Below, one piece after another: positions 26,722-38,154 of a DNA stretch of 64,000 bases. The stretch comes from Candidatus Moraniibacteriota bacterium (lineage in GTDB: Bacteria > Patescibacteriota > Minisyncoccia > Moranbacterales > GCA-2747515). Made by a program: the position numbers and the translations under genes. The notes beneath the pieces were generated by a model. The model did no database searches. It had not been told where the DNA came from and saw only the letters and a program-made list of their open reading frames with translations. Where the stretch lies: the NCBI GenBank assembly GCA_046116545.1, contig CP175956.1:1558-65557 (forward strand), written 5' to 3'. The first letter of the stretch is position 1. Each line of letters starts with the position of its first letter.

Positions 26722-29244
26722 TTATCTGTAAATATTTGTATTTATATAATCTTTTATATACATTGGAATTCTTTCTCCATATTTCTCTGGGATTTCACTC
26801 ATTGAAAGTTTTGAATTTGTTTCTAAAAGTGCATATTCTCCACTATCTATAATAGTTTCTATTTCTTGATCTTCGATATATGTATTAAAGAAATATTTTG
26901 TCTTTGCATAATCTTCTGAGTCTATTTCTAATTCCATTTCTGTTGATCTAAATTTTTCAAATTCACTATCTAATAATTCTGCTTTTGTTTCAAATTTTTC
27001 TTTTTTTCCAAAAGCATAATCTAAGACTTCAGGTATCCTAACTCTTCTATCTAGTCCTAGTGCTTTTTTAATTTTATCAAGATTCATAAAATTATTTGGC
27101 TTATCAAAAACTTCTGTTCTTAAAATTTCTCCTGCTTCTGATTTCCTATTTTCTTCATATAAATCTTTTATTTCTTGATTTTCTTGTATATCCTCTTTTA
27201 TAAATTTAGAAAAAGCTTCTCTGTCTATCCTCATTCCTTCTATGCCAATTTTCACTACATCTTCACTTACAATCTCATCATCTGATTCTAAATCTATTTC
27301 ATCAATTCCTGACCTTGTTTCACCTTCACTGCCTTCTCCTGGTTGTTCTTTTGGAAGTTCCAACTGCTCACCATAATCGAAGTCTTCTTCAAAGTATTCA
27401 TAATTTGCAAAAAAATCAAAAAGGAAGAAATTATCCTTATCTATTTTTTCCACTTCTTTTGTTTCTGGATTTATGTATTTAAAGACATTTTTCCTTGTAC
27501 CACGCCCTTTTATCTGCACAAAATCAGAAGGAGAAAAGATTGGTCTCATTAAAACTACATTTAACAAATTTGGACAGTCATATCCAGTTGTCATCATTCC
27601 AACAGTAACGGCTATCCTTGTCCTACTTGTTCTGTAGCCCTCTTTAAATTTACTGATACCATTCAATCTATCATTTGAAAAATCAACTGTCATTTGCTGA
27701 GCATCTTTTACATGTGAGGTCACCTGTACAGCAAAATCTGACTCATATTTTTCTGGCCATTTCTGCATTGCCATTTTATTTAAAATATTTGTAATTTTTG
27801 CAGCATGATTTTGACTGACTGTAAAAATTATTCCTTTTCCTATTTCACCACTAACTGGATCTCTTTTTGCTCTATCTAAAAAAACCTTACAAAATTGAAT
27901 ATTAGTTTTTTCGTTAAAAAACCTCCTTTCAAAACTCCTTCCAAAAAAAGTTTCTTCTTGATGCTCACCGCTTTCATCTACTGTATGTACCGAATAACCC
28001 TCCTCCGATAAAAGTTCAGTCGTTATTTCTGTTCTAATATCCAAAAGATAGGGATTTACTAAATATTCTGGAACACCATCAGATAAACTAAACTTATATG
28101 TTGGATCACCTGACTCACATCCAAAAGTTTTATAGGTATCCAAAAGTTGCCTTCTTTCAAAAGCTCTTTGTGAATTTTTTGTTTTTTCAGAATCAATTCC
28201 TTTCAAGTAATCTTTTGGTGTAGCTGTTAACCCAAGTTTATAACCAATAAAATACTCAAAAACAGCTCTGGCATTTCCACTAATTGATCTATGTGATTCA
28301 TCTGATATTACAAACTCAAAATCAGTTGGGGAAAATTCTTTTTTATATCTATCATTTACTGCCAAGCTTTGCACAGTTGTAATAACTATTTGTGCATTTC
28401 TCCACGTTTCTTTATTTTCTTTATAAACTGCAATTTGATAATCTTTTTCAAGATATTCCTTGAAAGCTTTTTTTGCTTGATCTTCAAGCTCTAGTCTATC
28501 AACTAAAAATAAGATTCTTTTTGCATTTCCAGTTTTCAGAAATAACTTTGAAATAGCCGCAGTTGTTAGAGTCTTTCCTGTACCAGTTGCCATTTCTAAA
28601 AGGTATCTAGTTTTTCCTTCCTTCGCTGCTTTTTGAATAGCGTGAACCGACTCAATTTGATAATCTCTTAAAATCTTAATTCCTGATGCTGACAAAAGAT
28701 CTGTTTTTTCTTCTTCTGAACCATTTACCCAAACTGGATTATTATGAAAATTTGAATCTTGAGATAGAGCCACATAATCTTCTCCAACATCTTCTGAAGA
28801 TAAACTTTCAGGATTTGGATTATACTCACTAAATTCAATTAGAGAATCTTGTGTTGGAAATTTAATTATTATTTCAGGATTTCCTTTTTGTATATCCCAT
28901 AAATAATGAATATTACCATTTGATAAAATAATATATCTAGCATGATTATCTCTTGCATAATATCTAGCTTGTCCTTTAGCACTTAAAGGATTTATATTCT
29001 CTCTTTTTGCCTCTAGAACAACAAGGGCTTTACCATCTTGATCTAAGAGAAGGTAATCAATAGACCCATTTGTTACATTTTCAAAATCATCTCCTTGATT
29101 ATCAACATCTTCCTTTTTTATTTTAACGTTAGCCTCAAGCTGAATATTAGCTGGTCCATTTTCATCATCAAAAAAACGCCAACCTGCATCTTCAAGTAGC
29201 GTGTTTATCTTGATACGCGCCTGTGCTTCTTTATTATTTGCCAT
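26722..29244 (-). CDS. hsdR: Type I restriction enzyme R subunit (HsdR)
   Basis: 840 aa. The N-terminal PD-(D/E)xK is DYLLLD...VLEAKRE. SF2 helicase motifs are EMATGTGKT and DESHR. It lies 5 nt upstream of hsdM-S. Confidence 0.8.
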   Translation of the reverse strand: MANNKEAQARIKINTLLEDAGWRFFDDENGPANIQLEANVKIKKEDVDNQGDDFENVTNGSIDYLLLDQDGKALVVLEAKRENINPLSAKGQARYYARDNHARYIILSNGNIHYLWDIQKGNPEIIIKFPTQDSLIEFSEYNPNPESLSSEDVGEDYVALSQDSNFHNNPVWVNGSEEEKTDLLSASGIKILRDYQIESVHAIQKAAKEGKTRYLLEMATGTGKTLTTAAISKLFLKTGNAKRILFLVDRLELEDQAKKAFKEYLEKDYQIAVYKENKETWRNAQIVITTVQSLAVNDRYKKEFSPTDFEFVISDESHRSISGNARAVFEYFIGYKLGLTATPKDYLKGIDSEKTKNSQRAFERRQLLDTYKTFGCESGDPTYKFSLSDGVPEYLVNPYLLDIRTEITTELLSEEGYSVHTVDESGEHQEETFFGRSFERRFFNEKTNIQFCKVFLDRAKRDPVSGEIGKGIIFTVSQNHAAKITNILNKMAMQKWPEKYESDFAVQVTSHVKDAQQMTVDFSNDRLNGISKFKEGYRTSRTRIAVTVGMMTTGYDCPNLLNVVLMRPIFSPSDFVQIKGRGTRKNVFKYINPETKEVEKIDKDNFFLFDFFANYEYFEEDFDYGEQLELPKEQPGEGSEGETRSGIDEIDLESDDEIVSEDVVKIGIEGMRIDREAFSKFIKEDIQENQEIKDLYEENRKSEAGEILRTEVFDKPNNFMNLDKIKKALGLDRRVRIPEVLDYAFGKKEKFETKAELLDSEFEKFRSTEMELEIDSEDYAKTKYFFNTYIEDQEIETIIDSGEYALLETNSKLSMSEIPEKYGERIPMYIKDYINTNIYR

Positions 29245-29378
29245 ATACCACTAATTTATATCAATATTCCCATTGTACTCCTCTATTCAAAAAAATTCCA
29301 GGATTTACATGAACTTTAATACAAAAAAAACTACTTTATAAAAGTAGTCTTTCGTATGCTAGTCGTGCTAGCACAAGA

Positions 29379-29453
29379 TGGCTCCGAGAGTCGGATTCGA
29401 ACCGACGACCAATTGGTTAACAGCCAACTGCTCTACCGCTGAGCTACCTCGGA
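29379..29453 (-). tRNA. tRNA-Asn (anticodon GTT), CCA encoded
   Basis: Manual cloverleaf: acceptor TCCGAGG/TCTCGGA, D-arm GCTC-AGCGGTA-GAGC, anticodon loop CTGTTAA, T-arm GTCGG-TTCGAAT-CCGAC, 3' end GCCA. A terminator hairpin follows at 29328-29355. Confidence 0.85.
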
Positions 29454-29584
29454 ATATATTTATTCTTTAGCTACAGATATGATTATAAGGTAAAAATAAA
29501 AATTTTGCAAGCGTTTATTATTTATTATTTTTATAATTTATTTACAAATAAAAACACCTATAATTTCATTAAAATTATAGGTGT

Positions 29585-30565
29585 TTACTCTACAGTCCTC
29601 CAATCATGTTTGAGCATTTTATTTAAACTGCTCAAATGTGTTTGTAAATAATTTTGCGCGTATTGTTCCAAATCATTTGTATTCAAATTTGGTTCAATAT
29701 CTACAAAACCTCTTGAAATCTGTTTCAATAACTGCTTAGCAATAATCCAAGCGTGTTTTTCTCTCCAGATATAATGTTGTAACAATTTAGACATAACATC
29801 TGTTTCACTTTGAAAAAAGAAATTATTATTTTTCAATGAAAGAATTGCATTTTCTGATAATGCATTTTGTACGTCATTGCCTAATGTACAATCACTATAA
29901 TGAACTAATGATATTTTTGAAGAATACTTACTCAAAACATCATTGAATTCGATAATATTATTCAGTGAATTATTATTGAAATCCATATTATCAACGGCCA
30001 ACTTAATACACGAAATAGTTTGTGTTTCATGTGGCCAGATCATAGCTTGCCATACATGTACAATTTCATGCATCATGCTAAACATATTGCCTGGAATTGT
30101 GATGTCTTTATAGACTATAACTCCTGCACCATTGCTATTGGTGTGATTAGTATAAAACCTATTGCAAAATTCATTACCAATATGACAGTCATATCCTTCT
30201 AATAACTTTTCTCTCCAGGCTATAGCGATATGAGATGTTTCAATATTAGATAATATTTGTGGCAAAAAAATGTAGTTTCCCAGCAGTAGTTGTAATAAAT
30301 CCAACATCTTACCATCTCTTTCCCTCTTTATCCAAAGAAATGATACTGGTTTATTTCCAAAAAAAATATATTCAATAATTTGAAAATGACCCATATCATA
30401 CACTAAAACTTTTTCGGTTAAATCAGGTTTTTCATTACCTTTTAAAATACTGTTCACTCTATGCTTGGCGCTATTGCCCACTTCTTCATATCTAGTATTT
30501 TGACGCACTAGACATAACTTCGCATTCACCGAACTACACAATAATCTTCTCATTGCTGTAATCAT
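29585..30565 (-). CDS. Hypothetical HExxH-motif protein (putative metallopeptidase-like)
   Basis: 326-aa ORF containing HEIVHVWQ. Confidence 0.35.
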   Translation of the reverse strand: MITAMRRLLCSSVNAKLCLVRQNTRYEEVGNSAKHRVNSILKGNEKPDLTEKVLVYDMGHFQIIEYIFFGNKPVSFLWIKRERDGKMLDLLQLLLGNYIFLPQILSNIETSHIAIAWREKLLEGYDCHIGNEFCNRFYTNHTNSNGAGVIVYKDITIPGNMFSMMHEIVHVWQAMIWPHETQTISCIKLAVDNMDFNNNSLNNIIEFNDVLSKYSSKISLVHYSDCTLGNDVQNALSENAILSLKNNNFFFQSETDVMSKLLQHYIWREKHAWIIAKQLLKQISRGFVDIEPNLNTNDLEQYAQNYLQTHLSSLNKMLKHDWRTVE

Positions 30566-30759
30566 ATCCGACGCCTCCGTTAGTTATTTTTATAATTGTT
30601 AAAATACAAATAACTACTTACGATACATCAATATTACAATTTTGTCAATACCCTGGAGAATGCTGGATGATTTCAACTTAACTATTTTACTTAAATATAA
30701 CCAAAAAAAATAGACCCTTACTAAAGGTCTATTTTTATAAAAACTTTTTTAACTAAATG

Positions 30760-31296
30760 CTATTTATTATAATTTTGTAATATATACTCAATAACATTAT
30801 CTTTCTCATTTTCTCCACTTAGCATACTCTCAATTTCCACTTCATTATCTTCACAATATTTTTTCATTGCTGTAATTTGATTATGAATATCAGCTAAATT
30901 GCCTTCTTTTATAAGATTTTCACTTATTTCTATTTCAACTTTTTCGACTATGTCAGATACTAGCACACCTACTTCATTAAGATTAGTAAGATCATCTCCG
31001 ACATTTTCAACTGTATTACCTCCCAATCCTTCCACAATTTTTTGTATATTTTGTTCTTCAGATTCTACTATTTTATTAGCCTCAACTTCAGAACTATCTT
31101 CAGACAATACCACCTCTTTATTTCCATCTTCTAAATCGGCATGTCTCAATTCTGCTTGTTTTAATACTGTCTCATCTAGTGCCATATTACCCTCAGATGT
31201 TTCTGTTTTTGTAGATAAAACTTCATTTGCAAACTTATCTACATCTGCTTTAAAATTATCAGCTGATATTGTTATTGGTTCTTCTCCAATTCCCAT
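30760..31296 (-). CDS. Hypothetical highly acidic protein
   Basis: 178-aa Glu/Asp-rich ORF immediately upstream of rpoD. Confidence 0.4.
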   Translation of the reverse strand: MGIGEEPITISADNFKADVDKFANEVLSTKTETSEGNMALDETVLKQAELRHADLEDGNKEVVLSEDSSEVEANKIVESEEQNIQKIVEGLGGNTVENVGDDLTNLNEVGVLVSDIVEKVEIEISENLIKEGNLADIHNQITAMKKYCEDNEVEIESMLSGENEKDNVIEYILQNYNK

Positions 31297-31316
31297 AATT
31301 TTATTATTAATATTTA

Positions 31317-32597
31317 TTAGTAATCTCTCAATTTATTTACTCCATCATTGTCACGAATCTTTTCCAACGCTTTTGCTTCGATTTGACGAATACGTTCACG
31401 AGTAACTCCAAATTCTTGTCCCACTTCTTCAAGTGTATGAGTAACACCGTCCTCAAGTCCAAATCTTATTTGTAAAATCTTTTGTTCTCTTGGTGATAGG
31501 TCTTCCAACACTTCTCCGATATGTTCTGTAAGTAATGTTCTAGATGCTCCTTGTTGTGGCGCTATTGATTCTGTATCTTCTATGAAATCTCCTAATACAC
31601 TATCATCATCACTGTCTCCGACTGAAGTTTCCAGTGATACAGTATCTTGGGAAATTTTTTGGATATGACGAACCTTATCAATATCGAGATCCATTTCAGC
31701 TGCAACTTCCTCAGGCATTGGCTCACGACCAAGCTCCTGAACAAGACGCCTCACAATTTGCATATACTTATTAATTGTCTCAACCATGTGCACTGGTATA
31801 CGTATGGTACGAGATTGATCAGCTAATGCACGAGTGATAGCTTGTCGTATCCACCAAGTAGCATATGTAGAAAATTTATAACCTTTGTGATAATCAAATT
31901 TTTCTACTGCACGAAAAAGTCCAATATTTCCCTCTTGTATTAAATCAAGAAGTGACAAATTTGTCGAACGCCCAACATATTTTTTTGCAATAGATACCAC
32001 AAGTCTTAGATTTGCTTCTGTAAGCTGTTGTCTCGCAGCCTCATCACCTGCTTCTATAGCCTTTGCAATGGTAACCTCTTCTTCGCGTGTAAGTAGTGGA
32101 GTTCGTCCAATTTCCTTCAAATACATTTGAACCAAATCTGCTGTATTACTTTCAGCTGCAGCTGCCTCTTCAACCAAAAGAACATCTTTTTTCTTTTGGA
32201 TTTTTTTACCTTTTTTACTTCTAGTATCTTGTTGTGGTTCAACTTGCAATATATCATCAGAGTTCACAATATCAATACCAAAATCCTCCAAACTTTCATA
32301 AAATGCCTCCAATCCACCAACATCTTTTTCAATGTTTGGCATTGCATGCATCATCTCATCCTCAGTTACAAACCCTCTTTTCCTACCAAGTTCCATTAAT
32401 TTCGCCAAAGGTTCTGGCATTTTACTTTTTGTCCCATGTTTTCTTGTTGCTTTTTTCGTAGTTTTCTTAGTTACTTTCTTTGTAGTTTTCTTTACTGCTT
32501 TTTTCGTAGTTTTCTTAGTTACTTTCTTTACTGCTTTTTTCGTAGTTTTCTTAGTTACTTTCTTTACTGCTTTTTTCGTAGTTTTCTTTTTTGTCAT
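31317..32597 (-). CDS. rpoD: RNA polymerase sigma-70 factor RpoD with a Lys-rich repetitive N-terminal extension
   Basis: Regions 2-4 are present: [56 protein letters not shown] and a region 4 [27 protein letters not shown]. The N-terminus is ([13 protein letters not shown])x3 from 45-bp tandem DNA repeats at 32437-32590. Confidence 0.9.
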   Translation of the reverse strand: MTKKKTTKKAVKKVTKKTTKKAVKKVTKKTTKKAVKKTTKKVTKKTTKKATRKHGTKSKMPEPLAKLMELGRKRGFVTEDEMMHAMPNIEKDVGGLEAFYESLEDFGIDIVNSDDILQVEPQQDTRSKKGKKIQKKKDVLLVEEAAAAESNTADLVQMYLKEIGRTPLLTREEEVTIAKAIEAGDEAARQQLTEANLRLVVSIAKKYVGRSTNLSLLDLIQEGNIGLFRAVEKFDYHKGYKFSTYATWWIRQAITRALADQSRTIRIPVHMVETINKYMQIVRRLVQELGREPMPEEVAAEMDLDIDKVRHIQKISQDTVSLETSVGDSDDDSVLGDFIEDTESIAPQQGASRTLLTEHIGEVLEDLSPREQKILQIRFGLEDGVTHTLEEVGQEFGVTRERIRQIEAKALEKIRDNDGVNKLRDY

Positions 32598-32606
32598 TTC
32601 TTTAAT

Positions 32607-34397
32607 TTAGTTACTTATTACTTGTTGTGACAATTTACTTATTTGCTCTAATATTTTTTTCTGAGTCTCATAATCTCCATTAGCTTCTGCTTCATCCATT
32701 TTACCTACCAACATTTCAATTTTTCGCTTATTTAAATTTTCTGTAGCAATTGAAATGTAAGTTTCTGTGTCTTCTATCGGACTTCCACCATCTTCATGTT
32801 CTATTTCATATTTTTGTTGCATCAACATCGCTGACTTATACAAGTTTTCCCTATTACTATCTTTACTAACAAATTCTCCTACAGAAAAATTACATTGGGG
32901 ACCTTCTCTCATGAGTGCATTTATATTTTTTTGATCTATTACCTGGCCGTATCTTTCTTTATTTTTATAAACATGTTCCCAAACATGTGGATAAGCCATC
33001 ATCATCAAGATTATTGACTTATAGATTCTTTGCATTTGTGATTGCTCAGCCTTAGTTAATTTTGGTTCATATTGATTTTTTACAGCATTCACAGGCTCAC
33101 TAGATTTTTCTTCCATTATTTTTTTTACAGAATTACTAACCAATCTTTTTTCAACATCAAATTCATCAGCACACTTCATTATCCATTCTTCTCTTTCAAT
33201 ATCATTTACAATACTTGCTATTATTTCTGATATATCTTCTACAGCTTCTCTTTTTCCATGTGGATCATTTATGTTATATTTTTCTTTTGCTATGTCTATA
33301 AATACATCAATTGCATTTTTTGCATTTTTTATAATATTCCTTAATTCCTCTGGACTTTCTTTTGCTATATCAGCAGCATCCTTTCCTTCGCTGAGTAATA
33401 TCATTGATAACTGCACATCAGCATCTAGACAAAATAATGCGCTTCTACGAGCTGCAACTTGTCCCGCCTCATCAGCATCAAAAAATAATATGAAATGATT
33501 TGTATATCTTTTTAAAATTTTTATATGTTCATCTGTCATGGCTGTTCCAGATACTGCGATTGTATTTTGAATACCTGACTCAAATGCCGCTATTACATCC
33601 ATATTTCCTTCTACTACCACGACAGCATTTTCTTGCTTTATAATTTGCTTTGCATGATCTATTCCATACAACACTGCACTCTTATGATACAAATATGTTT
33701 CTGGTGTATTTATATATTTTGCTTGTGATTCATCATCGCCTGGCAACACTCTAGAAGTGAATCCTATCACACGACCAAGTGCATCACTTATTGGAAATAT
33801 TATTCGTTTTCGAAATCTATCATAATATGAACCTCTATCACTCTTTATTATAGACCCTGTTTGCTCTATGATTTTATCATCAAATCCATTTTTCTTTAAA
33901 AAATCATTCAAGTAATTCCATCCATCTGGTGCAAATCCCAATCTAAACTTTTTTATCACTTCATCACTAAGTCCACGATTTTGTAAATATGGCAATGCTT
34001 TTTCATTCCCACTTCCGTCCCATAATTGTTTTTCATAAAACCTTGCCGTTAATTCCAAAGCATTAAATAATTTCTTTTTATTATCTTGATTTTCACTATT
34101 TCCTTTTGTGAAATTATTTTGCAACTCAACTCCAGATTTCTCAGCTAACAATACAAGAACCTCATGAAATCCCATACTTTCCATTTCCATCACAAAACTA
34201 AAAATATCTCCACCCTGTCCACATCCAAAACAATGGTAGAACTGTTTTTCTTCATTTACATTAAATGAAGGAGTCTTTTCTTGATGAAAAGGACAGCAAG
34301 CCTTAAAAGCACTTCCAGCCTTTGTCAATTTTACATACTCACCTACGACATCAACGATATTTGTTCGCAATTTTATTAATTCGATATCTGAATCCAT
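32607..34397 (-). CDS. dnaG: DNA primase DnaG
   Basis: The zinc-binding domain is CPFHQEKTPSFNVNEEKQFYHCFGCGQGGD and the TOPRIM domain is VVVEGNMDVIA...LFFDADEAGQ. It sits upstream of rpoD (dnaG-rpoD operon arrangement). Confidence 0.9.
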   Translation of the reverse strand: MDSDIELIKLRTNIVDVVGEYVKLTKAGSAFKACCPFHQEKTPSFNVNEEKQFYHCFGCGQGGDIFSFVMEMESMGFHEVLVLLAEKSGVELQNNFTKGNSENQDNKKKLFNALELTARFYEKQLWDGSGNEKALPYLQNRGLSDEVIKKFRLGFAPDGWNYLNDFLKKNGFDDKIIEQTGSIIKSDRGSYYDRFRKRIIFPISDALGRVIGFTSRVLPGDDESQAKYINTPETYLYHKSAVLYGIDHAKQIIKQENAVVVVEGNMDVIAAFESGIQNTIAVSGTAMTDEHIKILKRYTNHFILFFDADEAGQVAARRSALFCLDADVQLSMILLSEGKDAADIAKESPEELRNIIKNAKNAIDVFIDIAKEKYNINDPHGKREAVEDISEIIASIVNDIEREEWIMKCADEFDVEKRLVSNSVKKIMEEKSSEPVNAVKNQYEPKLTKAEQSQMQRIYKSIILMMMAYPHVWEHVYKNKERYGQVIDQKNINALMREGPQCNFSVGEFVSKDSNRENLYKSAMLMQQKYEIEHEDGGSPIEDTETYISIATENLNKRKIEMLVGKMDEAEANGDYETQKKILEQISKLSQQVISN

Positions 34398-34691
34398 ATT
34401 TTCCCCAAAAAATTATAAGCTTTAATATCAAAAATCTGTATTTACTATATACTACACTCTAACTAAGTATTTTATTTCACTTTTGTTTTATTGATCTTCT
34501 TTATTGCCAAAAATCTTTTTTCCCAATAATGTAAAATTATATATGTAATAGATAATGCTCCCACAATCATAAATAATGATATTTTTCCATTCAATATTAC
34601 AAGAAATAGCAAACTACTTAAAAAAATTATAACAATTTTCAATACTGCGTAAATTTTTTTTCTAATATCCATATGCCAGAAAACTTTACAA

Positions 34692-34716
34692 TAAAACCAC
34701 CTAAGTAGGTGGTTTT
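34692..34716 (-). terminator. Intrinsic terminator hairpin downstream of tRNA-Pro
   Basis: AAAACCACCTAAGTAGGTGGTTTTTT. Confidence 0.55.
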
Positions 34717-34725
34717 TTAATATTG

Positions 34726-34796
34726 TCGGAGTACAGAGATTTGAACTCTGACTAAAACGTCCCAAACGTCTCGTGCTACCATTACACTATACTCCG
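34726..34796 (-). tRNA. tRNA-Pro (anticodon TGG), CCA not encoded
   Basis: Manual fold: acceptor CGGAGTA/TACTCCG, D-arm GTGT-AATGGTA-GCAC, anticodon stem AGACG/CGTTT with loop TTTGGGA, T-arm CAGAG-TTCAAAT-CTCTG. The tracked ORF 34472-34765 overlapping it is spurious. Confidence 0.8.
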
Positions 34797-35038
34797 CTCT
34801 TTTATAAGCTACTGCAAGTAATATAATTACATTGCATAAATATCATAATACTACATATACTAAAAAAATCAAGGCTTATTCAAAATATTGCACTTCAACA
34901 AAAAAAACTATCCTTATGCTAGTTTTTTATTATTGGCGGGACATAACTGAACGACATTCAAACTTCTTTCATAAAAAATAGTCACTTGAGTAAATCTTAT
35001 ACAGTGACAGATTTGGTAAAAAATAACTAATCTTTGTA

Positions 35039-38011
35039 TTACTGCCAAAACCCACTAGCATCAGAAGTAGCCGTATAAGTAACAGACCCTGTATAAACTC
35101 CTGAAGGTTGTGATGGTGATACATCAACTTTGTAACATACATCAGTTGTTGATGAAGTTGAATTATATGCTGTATGAGCTGCTACCACCTGAGCTGTTTG
35201 TGGTACACCTGCGTAATCAGCGTCATCGGATGTTATTCCTTCTTCGCAAAGGTTTCCTGAGGTTGTCCATATATTATTAAACGTATTATTTGTTGTATCT
35301 GCTTGTGGGAATTGTATTACACTGAATCCTAGACCTTTTGTTGTTGGAGCGTTCCAAGATTCTGTTACTTTTGTTGTTTGATCAAATTGTGTTAGGTCTG
35401 GTATTTCATCTGTATTATTTGAATGTACTAGAGTTGTATTTGAAGCTCCATTATCATTTATCATTGACAGGTAATAACCTTGGGTATCATTTGTTGTTAC
35501 TATACAAGTTGATTGTCCTACTGCGGGAGTTCCTGCTATTACTATTCCTGGATTTGCTATTGTTCCTAGTATTACATCATAATCTCCTGTTGATCCATCT
35601 TTATCGTAACAATCCATTGATAGAGTTGCATTTACTTCTACGTTTAGGTTTAGGTCATCTAATCCTGATATTGTTCCATCTCCGTTTACAATGTAAGTTG
35701 TTGCATGGTTTGTTGTGAATGTACATATTCCGTTTGTTACTGTACATGTTGTATGGGTATTCCATGTACTACTTCCTTCTAGTTGTGAAAGGACTTCTAG
35801 TTCCATATCATTGTAAGCTTCGCTTACAGTTATTTCCATTGTTATATCATTTGAGAAGGTTAGGTTTTCATTTGGTATACCTAATCTTACTGCTCCTACT
35901 GCATTTGGATGATCTCCTCTTTCTTCATTTAATGTATTTTGGGTTATGAAGTTTTCAAAGTTGAAGTTTCCATTTAATGCTTCTGTTATCACTGTATTAT
36001 TTGGGAATATTGCATTTGTTGTATTTGATTGGAAGGTTACTTGCACTTGGGTTGTTGTTTGGGTTGTGTTATCTATTTCCGTTGTCTACTGTTATGTAAC
36101 CATTATCCACTGATTGTTGCATTTCTGAATTGTTTGGGTCATTTATTTCTACTTCTGTTAATTCTTCATATTGTATTGATACATCATTTAATATTGGAGA
36201 ATTTAATCCATCTGTTGATGATAGAATTACTTTATATTGAAAGTATTGATCATTTACTCCATCTTTTTGTGTATCATCTATTGATTCTGTTCCTGTTGGA
36301 TCTGTGAAGTATGTTGTTCCACTACAATCTGTTCCACACCAATTTGTCCATGTGCTTCCGTCACTTGAAGTTCTTAATTGGAATTTAATATCTGTATTTT
36401 GGTTTAGTGTTTCACTCCATGAAATACTATTTATTTTATTTAATGAATCCTCTGAGTTATATATACTTGATATTAATTCTTCTTCTTGATTTAACGTGTA
36501 GTTTATTTCTATATTATCTAATTCTGGAGTTACTGTATTGTCTGTTGTTGATAGGCTTGATGCAAAGTCTATTGTTCCTTGAGTGAAAACTTGAGACCAT
36601 TCACTATTTGTTAATGCTTCTATAGAAGTTTTATCCATTCCGTTTGTTTCTATATCTCCTATATTAGAAGTTATCCATGCACTACCATTCCAGTATTTCC
36701 ATGTTGTTTTATTATCAAAAGAAACTAATTGTTTTATATTTGTATTTACTGGAGTTGTTTGAGTTATTGTTACTCCTTGCATACTTTGCCACGCTGTTGT
36801 GTTTGTTTGTGAGTTTGTATCTGTTGTTACGTAGTATGGGGTTGTTGGGTATGTTGGGTTTGATGAGTATCTTACTATTACTACTCCTGAGCCTCCTGCA
36901 CCACCAACTTTTACAGCTCCTGAAGCACCGCTTCCACCACCGCCACCACCGCCAGTATTTGCCATTCCTGCTACACCTATATAAGATCCTCATCACCACC
37001 TCCACCAATTGGTGCTATACCAGGTCTAACACCATGTCCACCACCTCCACCACCACTAGCAAACCAACCATTTTCACCCACATCAATACCAAAAACACTA
37101 CTATAATCAACTCCTGTACCACCAGGCCCTCCCCAATAAGTTGAGTATGCCGCTCCACCAACACCACCCGCTCCACCACCTCCACCTGCACCAACTTCAC
37201 GAGTTCCATTATTGTACGCTCTCCCACCGTTGCTTCCAAAACCACCACTTACACTACTTGGCTGTTCGCCTACACCACCGATATTTCCATATCTAGATCC
37301 ACCTCCGCCTGATCCTCCAGCACCTCCAGCTGCTCCAAATACCGCTCTCCCGCCGCCAAGAGCAGTGCTGCCATAAAAAACACTATCAACTCCATTTACA
37401 CCATTCCAACCACCATTACCTCCATTTCCAACTGACACAAGGTGCGAGCCATTTAAAATATTTTGATTTTGTTCGTAAACTACCCCACCTGCTCCTCCAC
37501 CACCACTACCTCCACGACTATCATCTCCTGCAGCACCTCCACCACCTCCAGCAACAACTAAAAAATCGACATCACCTGGAGCTGTAACCTCAAATGTCCC
37601 AGCTGAAGAAAATTCATGAACTTTATAATCTCCTACTGTAGTTATTGTTCCACCTGTTGCAACTAATGAACTTCCATGCAATTCCACCATTCCACCATCA
37701 AAATCAGTACCATCAGTTGCATTTTCCTGAATGTAATCAGCTTCCGTATTAAAATCTATATTTGCGCTATATACATTATTCAATTGAATATCTGTTGTAT
37801 TTAATATTTTTGCATCAGAACTACTAAATTCACTCCAACCTGTTTGATTTGAAGTATTATTTGCAGTATTAACTGATTGTCCTGTTGTCCAATCTGTTTG
37901 ATTAAAAGTTGATGGAGCTGCTTGTACTATTTGAGCATTGCCAACCATACTTAGTACAAGTGTACAAACAGTCAAAAAAGACAGCATCTTTTTAAATATA
38001 TTATTTTTCAT
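35039..38011 (-). pseudogene. Paralogue of the FISUMP-type large secreted surface protein (Gly-rich then Thr/Asn-rich), split into three ORFs by two frame disruptions; either a pseudogene or assembly errors
   Basis: ORFs 36977-38011 (signal peptide MKNNIFKKMLSFLTVCTLVLSMVGNA plus GGxGG repeats), 36069-36965 (starts MANTGGGGGGGSG) and 35039-36046 are contiguous and collinear with gene 1-1965. A 2-bp deletion relative to copy 1 (ctattgttccg versus ctatttccg at ~36085) causes the 36046/36069 break. A second frame change is at ~36966-36976. Confidence 0.6.
35238..36135. repeat. Roughly 0.9-kb dispersed repeat: the 3' coding module of the surface protein gene, ~90% identical to 1-900
   Basis: Direct visual alignment, e.g. 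ggtttcctgaggttgtccata[c/t][g/a]ttattaaacgtattatttgttgtatctgcttgtgg in both copies. Confidence 0.85.
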
Positions 38012-38154
38012 TTTTTTGTTTTAATTTTTCATTTTACAATTTTCATTGTATCATACATGATTATATTTGCAAAAAATGCTTTGGCTTTTTTGCCAAATAT
38101 TGTTATTTTAAAATAATACACTTAGTTACAACATCTACATATCTAAAATATACA

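Noticed and set aside
29300-29378. Possible second tRNA or ncRNA next to tRNA-Asn
   Set aside because: Only short hairpins are present (a terminator AAACTACTTT...AAAGTAGT with a U-tract, and GCTAG-CACGA-CTAGC); no cloverleaf could be drawn.
32437-32590. Tandem 45-bp repeats considered as a possible CRISPR or minisatellite
   Set aside because: The repeats are contiguous with no spacers and are in-frame coding for the sigma-70 N-terminus; no cas genes are present.
32332-32630. Phe/Val-rich plus-strand ORFs over the rpoD 5' end
   Set aside because: They are antisense of the Lys-rich tandem repeat and have the same periodicity; not coding.
34472-34765. 97-aa ORF
   Set aside because: It overlaps tRNA-Pro and its terminator hairpin, and its composition is hydrophobic low-complexity; spurious.
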